A DNA stretch of 60,978 bases, counting the filler, from Sluysia triapertura (taxonomy: Eukaryota), in assembly GCA_046118255.1 (NCBI GenBank). It is 5 parts of 5 records of this genome, joined end to end, with 100 filler letters (N's around TTAATTAATTAA, not from the genome) between each part and the next. Parts side by side here need not be neighbours in the genome. Positions count along the whole stretch, not along the records: positions 50,166 to 60,978 come from JBJNIA010193106.1; 4 more parts are not named here. One strand, 5' to 3'. Positions 52,150 to 60,978 of this stretch are shown here, in pieces; positions within the stretch are counted from its first letter, which is position 1; every line of letters begins with the position of its first letter. The position numbers and the translations under genes were made by a program. The notes beneath the pieces were generated by a model. It saw only the letters and a program-made list of their open reading frames with translations. It was not told where the DNA came from and searched no databases.

Positions 52150-55100
52150 ACAAAAATATGGATGCTGCAACAGTCCAATATATCGCCCCACCTAAGACGG
52201 ATTATCAACCTCCGCCAAAAGCAATCAACCCTCAATGAACTAACATTAAGCTTACATTCACCCAAGATGTTAAACATATGAGTACAGCTGCCCCTAGGTC
52301 AGCGCCAACATCGAACAAACTCGTGATCCCTAAATGGACGGATATTAAAGTCACAGGACCTCAGACTGCTAAGCCCAATCCCTAGGTTAATCAGGAATAC
52401 CAAGGCGACAACTTCAGAACCTAAGCCATCCTAAGACTGCGACTGTTAAAATATGGAATCCTAAAGTCTCTGGACCTAGGAACAACAATGAATGTAAAGT
52501 TCTTTTCCAAAAAGTGACTGGAAGAAAAAACCATTAGGTACAATAATCTTCAAATCACAATTGCCCCTATTACTAACCCTCCTGTCTAGTGATGAAGTGT
52601 ATTCTGAGACTCCTGTGGCAATTCCGACCGTCACTGAGGTAGCCATCCTTAACCCTAATGATAATCAGAATGCTACAACCTCAACCTGTGAGTACCTTTC
52701 CAATCCCTTCTAACAGCATACCTCCTGTGATGCCCACTGGCAACGATCCAACAACTTCTATCTCTGAACTCCCTCCTATCGCTACCATTGTTGATCCTAT
52801 TAATATTCAGCATCAAACAATTTCTCCTGCACCGACTGAGACCTATGAAATTATTAGTCTTCACAATGAATCTATCTCCACGACTCCTCACAGTGTCCCT
52901 GTAGAATCCTCTGTTACTTCAGCTTTCGAAAATGGTATTGATCTTGATGAATGTACCACCTGTATTTCATCAACTTCTTGCAATAAGTTGCATGATAATG
53001 CTCAAATAATTATCTCTCCTAAGGAATACATTAAATTCTTGACTGCACTATGAAAGGTCTTACTATTAAGAACCGCTCTGATTTCAAGGAAGTCCATACA
53101 CCAGTTCACCACCACCTTGAGTAATCTAAAATGCATATGCGGAGAAATCAAGACATAGGATGAGTTTATCATGACCCACATTGAACACACTAATCTTATT
53201 AATAGTAACATTCGTGGTGCTGTTAAAAAAGTCACCGTCCTACCCCTTATACCACAAGGAGATACGCAGATCCTGTGCACGGCCTCATCTCCTACCACTT
53301 TTAGGTGTACTTCCTGCGGGATCACTCCAAAACTTAATCCTAATGATTGCAATAGCCTTAAGCGTCACCAACTTAAGAAGCAAAATTTTAAAGGAACTCA
53401 AGTCATTGTTAAGTGCTCCTGCTCCCTTCTTTTCGATAGTCTGGTTTCTCTTTCCAATCATATGGTAACACATACTGCAGACAATAAATTGACTCTTACT
53501 CCAACTACTAAGGACCTCGATTACATCCACTGGTCAGATTGACTATCCCTGGGCGCGATCATGACTTTCTTTGATGCATTCTTTCTGACCCTAACTCAGT
53601 AGTAATTGATTCCAACACTACTTCGCAATGTTCAACAATGAACAAGCATTTCTCAATAATTTTCTCCTACCGAAATGCTCAAGTTGGTAACATTTCTACT
53701 GGATTTTGATTCTTCTTATTTTCAATAGAGATTCTAAATTCTGTGTATCATTGACCCATTACACTCTTCTCCACGTCACGTGTCCCTTTTATGTGACTTT
53801 CTTTAAAATGTTATGATCGCAAACACTACACTACCAGTGTATCCAGCTAAACAAGATTTTGTATACAAAGTCATTCCCTATCTAACTCAAATTGGTCCAA
53901 CTGATGGCGGTCCCTTCATTTGTGACATTGCCTTGAACTAATGTTTTCCCAACCTGATATCGATGCTACAAGGGAAATACTTTATAATATTGTTGCTCAC
54001 TCTATTAAACTTCCACCTGACACGAAAGCTAAACACTCACATCCTTCTCTTAAGTACCTTTGTAATAAAATTAATAAGGATGACCTTTTTGTCGATGAAG
54101 TCTTTTTGGAATTCTGTGTTTTAATACATAGATTGTTTCCACACAAATTTTCCAACATCCTGTTTCAGTTTAAAAAATCTCACACTGAACCAAACGAGGA
54201 AATAAAAAATGACCTGGATAAAGCCTTCCAGCATCTAAGGCATCCCAATTAATAACTGGTACTGCCTGTCCTCCAGTTACACATTCAGCTATTGAAATTT
54301 GCGATTACTACTGTTCTGGTACTGTTCCTCCTTTTGACCCATCACAACTTGTATATTGCCTTGGTATACTAATTATCCAATCACTGAACAAGAAATCTTG
54401 GCTACTTTGAAATTCTGTAAAAATTCCTCGCCCAGCACAAACAAATATTAAAAATGTTGATCCATCAGGTAAATTATTTCTATCCAAAAAATGCTGCGGT
54501 CCTGGATGAACTTTACCACCTTTCTTATAAAAAAAACCTAATAAATTTCACCTTGCACTTGAGGTCTCATATTGGCGGTCTATTGCTATACTTGATTCCA
54601 CATATCTCATTTTTACTAAGATAATTAATGACCGTCTTCTCTCCTGAATACATGCTGGCAACCTTATCAGTGCTCATCAGGCTGCGTCTTCCATTTCACT
54701 TGCGCAATCTAAATATTAATACGCACGACAATCCAAAAACCTTCCCCAATCTGTAGGATATGACGAAAAAATAAACCATCTATTCAAGGATTGAAAAACT
54801 TTCTTTTAAACAATTAGTTCTTTTATGCACACAAAAATCACGGCGGTTTAAGCCTGATATCTTCTTACGATGACGGTATGTGCCAGAATATAATTTGCGC
54901 CTTCGAACAAACCTTGCCTTGCATGAAATTCTTCGCGTCTCCAATGAGGGATTAAATAAAGTCGAAAACATTTCTGATGCTCTATCTTGACTGAATGGTG
55001 GTAAGTCCGATAAGCGTACACGACTTCTGACATGGTGGACCAAAATTCGACAATCTATCTTCAATTTGCACCGAAAATACCGAATTTCTGCTAGCTTTTT

Positions 55101-56458
55101 TACTGTGAGGACAAAATAAAATTAAATACCAAATGCGACATCCTTGGTGAAAATAAAGTCAAATTAAATAGGTTTCATAAAGAGAAAGTAGGTAAATATC
55201 TGCATGGATTGATTAACATTTCCAATAGCAACATTTGGAAATCCCACAAAATCCAAGGTCTCTTTGACGAATGCTTCATGAGAAGTCTTCTATTTGGTCG
55301 CCCGTTTTCTTTACACTTAAACAACCAGGGTTGGATTTTTATGATTAAGATTCAGATGAGTATTCTTAAGCTTAATTTCTCTACAAAAAACATTCGACGG
55401 CATCATCCCATTACATGTCGTTGGTGTGGCTTTGAAAGGAAAACAATTTCCCATGTATTATGTATTTGCCCTCGAACTATCATTGGCCGTACAGTCAGAC
55501 ATAATAAGATTCTAGAATGTTTACATAGCAAACTTAAACAAATGGGCTTCTCAGTCAAAATGGATACCCAAACCCTCTTATTGGTGAATATCGAAGACCT
55601 GATACAAAAGCGCAAGGTACCAATTCCTTCCAACTTTTTCTCATTGACGTAAAGTCGCTGATTGATGATTATGAAAAATTTAAGGCGGCCCGAACTTTCA
55701 GTATTACGAAATATTCCGACTACAACTTAAATGTCAAGTTTCCCTTGACACGTTTGTCGTTGGAGCACTTGGTTCTCTGGATCCTGAAAATGATATCCTT
55801 CTAAAAAACTAGGCTTCCGTATGGCCGATATAACTGGTCTAGCACGCCACTTTATCAAATTTTCCATTGAATCCTCCTTTAATATCCACAAGGACCATTC
55901 CCTCTAATATCTCACATAACTAATATTGTTGTCATATGTGACTTAATCTTGGTATTTTAATGAGTTCATTTATCCTCTATCTTTGGGGCTTTTAATCTTC
56001 AATCTTTAATCAATATATCATACGACAACTGATATTCTCTTTCATATTTTTATTTTCATTTCCTTCTTATTCTTTTCATTTTGCATTCAATGGTTTTTTA
56101 TTTTTATTTATCTATTTTTTCCCTTATTTATTTTCCTATATTTTCATTTCTTTATTTCACCCACTTAATTGTGTGTCTGTGATTTATCATTGGTGTGATT
56201 GTGATTTAATATCTTTCTTTGTTATTTCTTACTTATCAATGGTATGCTTGGGGCCCCATAGTTCAACAACAATTACTAACATGTTCCTTATCACAAGCAG
56301 CACAAGTGGCAGCAGCAGCACGAATATCAATTTCTTAAATGGACAATCAGTATCAGCCTTGTTACATTAACTACTTTTTATATAAGTATGATCCATTTAT
56401 TTATATTTATTGTACCATATTATTTGATTATGTAAAATAAAAGTTTTCAATTCAATTC
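52150..56458 (+). mobile_element. Decayed RLE-type non-LTR retrotransposon (NeSL/R2-like, with Ulp1-like protease)
   Basis: C2H2-type fingers at 53130-53480. Protease-like WILI...IIDPL...QIGPTD(G)GPFI at 53700-53940. RT segment WRSIAILDSTYLIFTKIINDRL at about 54570. CCHC CRWCG...TISHVLCIC...RHNKI, then RRPD...IDVK and FVVGALGS at 55415-55780. 3' UTR with AATAAA (56436) and a (TTCAA)n tail. The RT core appears deleted and the 5' end is uncertain. Confidence 0.85.
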
Positions 56459-56523
56459 ATCGAAATGCGCAGCGAGAGGTTCCGGGTTCGATCCCCGGCC
56501 AGTCCATTTTATGAAATCTAACA
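56459..56523 (+). mobile_element. 3' half of a tRNA-containing solo LTR (Helenus-like)
   Basis: ATCGAA...GGGTTCGATCCCCGGCCAGTCCATTTTATGAAATCTAACA, matching the 3' part of 1825-1964. Confidence 0.8.
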
Positions 56524-56950
56524 CTAAAATTTCTTATATAATGTCCACATTTACCACAGTTATCACAAATTATTTATCCATCTATATTAGTTTGCGTCAT
56601 GTTATTGTTTTCATTGGGCTTTTACTTCTATTTCTATAACTTTTTATTATTGATATTAGAAATAGGTGACCATCTTGGTGCTAGTCTTTGTTCTTAATTA
56701 GATGCACCATAGTTGCTTATTATACTATTCTGGAGCCCTTTGATCCTATTATTATTTCCTTTAAAATCATTCGCATTATAATTGTTTGGATTACCCTATA
56801 ACTATTTGAATTACCTCTACGCGGGTCGTTAAATCTGTTATAGTTATTATTTCTGTTATCATAATTAGTAAGATTGTTATATTTATCGTAATTCGACGGA
56901 TTATTAAATTTATTAGTATATTTGGATAAATAATTGTTATATATTTTGCC
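56524..56950 (-). pseudogene. gag remnant with zinc knuckle
   Basis: An N/Y/R-rich stretch followed by ICDNCGKCGHYIRNF (CX2CX4HX4 knuckle with the last Cys lost). Confidence 0.6.
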
Positions 56951-57299
56951 AATAGAGAAATTTATTACAAATTCAAAAAATCCGTTTCATATTAATTCCA
57001 AAACTTTATACGTAAATTTATTTTCACTAAATATTAACAACAAAAATTTTAATTCAAATTGTTTATCAAGTTTATATTTCATTCTAAGCTGAGAATATGC
57101 TGCCGTTACATCAGTTATAAAGAATTTAAAATAAAAATTAAACAAATAATTTAGTTTTATCGCATAAAAACTAAGTTTTACCTTAATATAATCGTTGACA
57201 GCAAGGCAGTTTTCCAAGTCGAATTTATATGAACTCGTCAAGGAGCCAGAATTTTGTTTGTTATAGATCTCGAACCTGTTGTATTTTGTCATTGCATTA

Positions 57300-58107
57300 T
57301 CATCATTGACATTAAACCTAATGAACATTTGATCGGCTCCATAAGAAATACATAGGTATAATAATGGTTCATGTCTGGTGAATGATAATATTGTTGACTT
57401 CTGCATTTACCAGACTTACTCGATTGAGTCCTGAGAATTCCAGATCCAGCATTTGAGATGTCTTTAGATTATGTGTACTAGCGATATCGGCCGCTACAAC
57501 GATCATATAAAAACTCAACTCATATGTTAGCATGTCACTCTTCATTATCGCATATGTGGCAAAATAAATTTTATGTCATCTTGAACAAAATTGCTTTTTC
57601 CAAACTTGAATTTAAACTTGAGGTATTGAGGATGTTTTTGTATACATCAGGATCTAGAATCAGTTTTAGCACTTCTTTACCGAAAACTTTAAATATTGAT
57701 TGGTAGTATATTGTTGTTAAACGATACACAATGTTTAGCTTTTCAAAATTCAGTTCCACTAATTCATCATTAAACTTTTGTGTAATTTTCCGTTGCATTT
57801 CGATTTTCTGTTCACCACTTAACGAATCAACTTTATTGATAACAACTTTCATTTTGACATTTTTACCAACCTCACACGTGTGAGTAACTAATAAGCCCAA
57901 TCCACTTACTGGTTCTGCAAATTCACCCAATACCTCGATATTGCCAACAATTGCTCAAAATGCTTCAAATAAATCGCCATTATAAATCATTGTGTCAGTC
58001 ACATGAAATTGTCCAGGAAAATCCCAAATGCGAAGCTCAATAAACGAGCAGCCCGAGACATTGGTTTTCCTTATTCTATTCATATTTTCCAGAAACGACC
58101 CTCATTG
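57300..58107 (-). pseudogene. RRAGC: Intronless, divergent RagC/RagD (Gtr2) GTPase copy
   Basis: FLENMNRI...SFIELRIWDFPGQ...VVINKVDSLSGEQKIEMQRKI...LTTIYYQSIF...NSSLEKAILF, then after a frameshift KIYFAT...DMLTYEL. Collinear with RagC/D. In-frame TGA at 57955-57957 and no G1/P-loop. Confidence 0.88.
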
Positions 58108-58179
58108 AAAAATTTTTAGCTTTTAATTTTGTGAACTTTTTGCTATTTTTGCTGAAAAATCCTTTTCCCACTGCTATTG

Positions 58180-58234
58180 GCTGTCCAATCAAAAGAATAA
58201 AATGAAGCAATATCAGTAATCTTAATTGGACAGC
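58180..58234. promoter_or_regulatory. Inverted CCAAT-box pair / hairpin
   Basis: Perfect 10-bp inverted repeat GCTGTCCAAT / ATTGGACAGC. Confidence 0.6.
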
Positions 58235-58792
58235 ATATACAATATACAGGAGAAATGATAGTATGTGTGCACTGAATTGCCATCAGTCAACATTTAATAG
58301 AGTAACATTAATTGATTACATGATGACAGATTGAGTTATATGATGTAATATATTGATTAGGTAGACACACTACCACTATCAATGGTGATGATAACTGCAT
58401 GTATGAATTGATGTTACAATTGTTAGTGGTAGCTGCAACGTTAATAATTTGGTACACAAAATAATGAAAATAAAATAATAAATCCTTTCAAATTAAACAA
58501 AATCATTCTTTATTAATAAAAAGAAACTTCTCGACATAGTTAATTTTTATTTTCTCATCATATAAATCTCAAGTGTCGAAAGGCTGCAAGCTTATGATGT
58601 CTTGAGGTGTAAATTTGACAGGTTGAGATGTGATTGTGATTTTAAAGCTATTAATGATGTGTAAAAAATGTTTTAATTGAGTATAAAAATGTGGATAGTT
58701 TCGACAAGAGGTAAGGTTTTGATGATGTAAAAATGTGAGTTAAAATATCTCGAGAGAATTTTATGTACTTTATTAGTTTTGGCCACTACAGG

Positions 58793-58803
58793 TGGTAGCA
58801 AGA
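58793..58803 (+). promoter_or_regulatory. Putative primer-binding site for initiator tRNA-Met
   Basis: TGGTAGCAAG begins 2 nt after the ...CA end. The complement of the animal tRNA-iMet 3' end is TGGTAGCAGAG. Confidence 0.55.
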
Positions 58804-59734
58804 TTAAATATCAGTAATAAATCTTGTTAATAATGATGATAAATATTGTTCTCGGCCTAAAGATTCATGTTTTATTAAATTTTGATTACATATAATTTAT
58901 ATTCAATCTCATTTTAATGATTTTTCTCGTTTATAATGCTTTTAATTTTGAAATAGTTTTGATATTACATTATTCTGCCCAATCTTTAATTTAATTTAAT
59001 TTTAATCGAAAATAATGTTATTAATTTTTAATTATATACTCGTTTTATTCAATCTAAATTTAATATAATATAAAATTTAATGTTATATTGTCTTTATAGA
59101 ATCTCATTTAAAAATGATTTTTTACTGTATTTCATTTTAAACCTAGTTACTATTTGTTATTAACGTTTGAATTTATATTAACTCTATTAAATCTCATTTT
59201 AAATTGATATAAAACATTATAATCTTAATGAGAATGATTTTAATTTTATTTTAAATAAATTTAAATTAAATGGATTTTAGATTTGATTTGAAAACCTAAA
59301 AATGTAAAATGAAAAATTGAATAAAATATTACAAAACGTATTTAAATTTGAGATAATATAAAATTAACACCAATTTACACCAAAATATTAAAAATTGAAA
59401 TAATTTAAGGAAAAACAGAAAATCATAGTTTTTGTATATTGTTTGATTCGTATAATACAATTTTTATCTGACTATTATTATCATATGCAAGTTTTACTAT
59501 AAAATTTACCAACTATTAACCATTATTATTGAATTATTGACTATTATACAGTATTACTGAATGTAATATAATTTCTACTATAATGTGATTTTTACTACTG
59601 ACTATTAATGATTACTATTTGTATTATAATTAACTTTAATGACAATTGAATAATTATTATAAACCAAAAAATATATAAATAGACGGTAGAAAAATGTACG
59701 TCACACAATATTGTAAAATCTCACTTCTGATTAT

Positions 59735-59865
59735 TTGTGATTAATTAATTGCTTGTCATTGTTCGAAATTAATTATTTGCTGATTATTTTGCCGATCGTT
59801 CGAGATTAATTAATTACTGATCTTTGTTCCAAATTAATTAAATATTGACTATTGTTCGAGTTTAT
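59735..59865 (+). repeat. Degenerate short tandem repeats (GTTCGARATTAATTA core) in the putative retroelement leader
   Basis: About four copies of the core at roughly 25-35 bp spacing. Confidence 0.55.
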
Positions 59866-60923
59866 ACAATTTGTGACTAACGTATTGAATTAAGGTAAAT
59901 ATTTAGTTAAATTTTTTTTGGATTAATATTGATAATTTAAATTTTCATTGGTTCAAATTGTTAACTATAACTGTAATATTCATTTGTATAAATTAATTAC
60001 ACCGTCTAAATAAAGTTTTACTGACTCTCTGTTCATATTTAATTAAAGGGGAATTGAAGATAGAGCTCATAAATTAAAATAAAACGATATAAAAATTTAA
60101 ATGAAAATTAAAGATTTGGTAAAGTGAATAAAGTAAAGCAAATATTTGATAAGGTAAAATTGTAAGACTAACACACAAAAACTTAAAAAGACAAAGACAA
60201 TTTATAGAAGATAGGTATTTTCATCTCAAACACAGATAAAGTAAAGCCATTATATTGATATAAGGTATAGAAATTACCTTAAAAATAAATAAAGCATAGA
60301 CAACTATTTGTAAAGCGGAAATATCATCCGATATAAAGAGTTTACTTAAATGCATCAAACTCTTAAGACACATAATACATAAGAGATTGGTACTATATAT
60401 AAAATTAAATATAAAATTAGGTTATATTATAAAATAGTAAAAAAACAATACAATTTCAGAGTATTTTTTAAAGAAAAAAGTAAAAGCGGTCATTGTACGT
60501 TTAGTGTTAAACTCAGAAATGAACGACAAAAGAGAAACATTGATTTATGTGTATTAAATATTATCATGTTGATACAGTATTTCTATTTAGACAAGCTCTC
60601 AATGTGATAATAAAGAAAATGTAATGATCTTTAAAATGTTGTCATATTTGAAATATATCGTCTTCTATTTAATAAATCATATTTGGTTTCAAATTAGAAA
60701 TAAAATAAGTGAAATATCAGAAGGATTTTTTTTATTAATAATTGTATTTTATTTTTATTATTTTGTATCAAATTTCTTTTCTTTCAATTGTTTTTGATTT
60801 AGGAAATTTTATATTTATTTTGTCGCTTTTCGGTGATAAATTAATCTTTGGATTCAAAATTAAAATAAAGAAATAAAATTAATGTGTTATTATTTATATT
60901 TATTGCTATTAAATATAAAAAAT

Positions 60924-60928
<5 letters not shown>

Positions 60929-60978
<50 letters not shown>
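60929..60978. repeat. (TA)n/(TG)n microsatellite
   Basis: Dinucleotide run at the window end. Confidence 0.9.

Larger units (their letters stand above)
56990..58790 (+). mobile_element. Giant LTR-like unit, copy F (probable 5' LTR)
   Basis: CCAAT hairpin at 58180-58234 with ATCAGTAAT in the loop, CATATAAA at 58559, G/T-rich tract and terminus TTGGCCACTACA (58790), followed by a PBS-like sequence. The left end was not found. Confidence 0.65.

Overview
Very AT-rich animal (invertebrate-like) genomic DNA. It is not one locus: five contigs are joined by artificial N44-TTAATTAATTAA-N44 linkers (contigs 1-10824, 10925-22457, 22558-33555, 33656-50065, 50166-60978), with an internal N gap at 42579-42722. 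Host genes appear only as scattered GT-AG exons: ankyrin (+), phospholipid scramblase (+), a NEDD4-type WW-domain E3 ligase (-) and an unidentified CaaX-ending protein (-). The rest is mostly mobile DNA: pogo/Tigger, hAT and TTAA-flanked MITEs, gag remnants, a decayed NeSL/R2-like RLE retrotransposon, and tiny tRNA-containing solo LTRs (Helenus-like). The main unexplained signal is six divergent, partly truncated copies of a long (about 2-3 kb) LTR-like unit. The more complete copies share a covarying CCAAT hairpin, a TATA block and a G/T-skewed tract, and all end in ...CCACTACA or a close variant. One copy is followed by an initiator-tRNA PBS. Four copies carry a different intronless antisense cargo gene next to the hairpin, and one cargo is a host-derived RagC/D GTPase lacking its P-loop.
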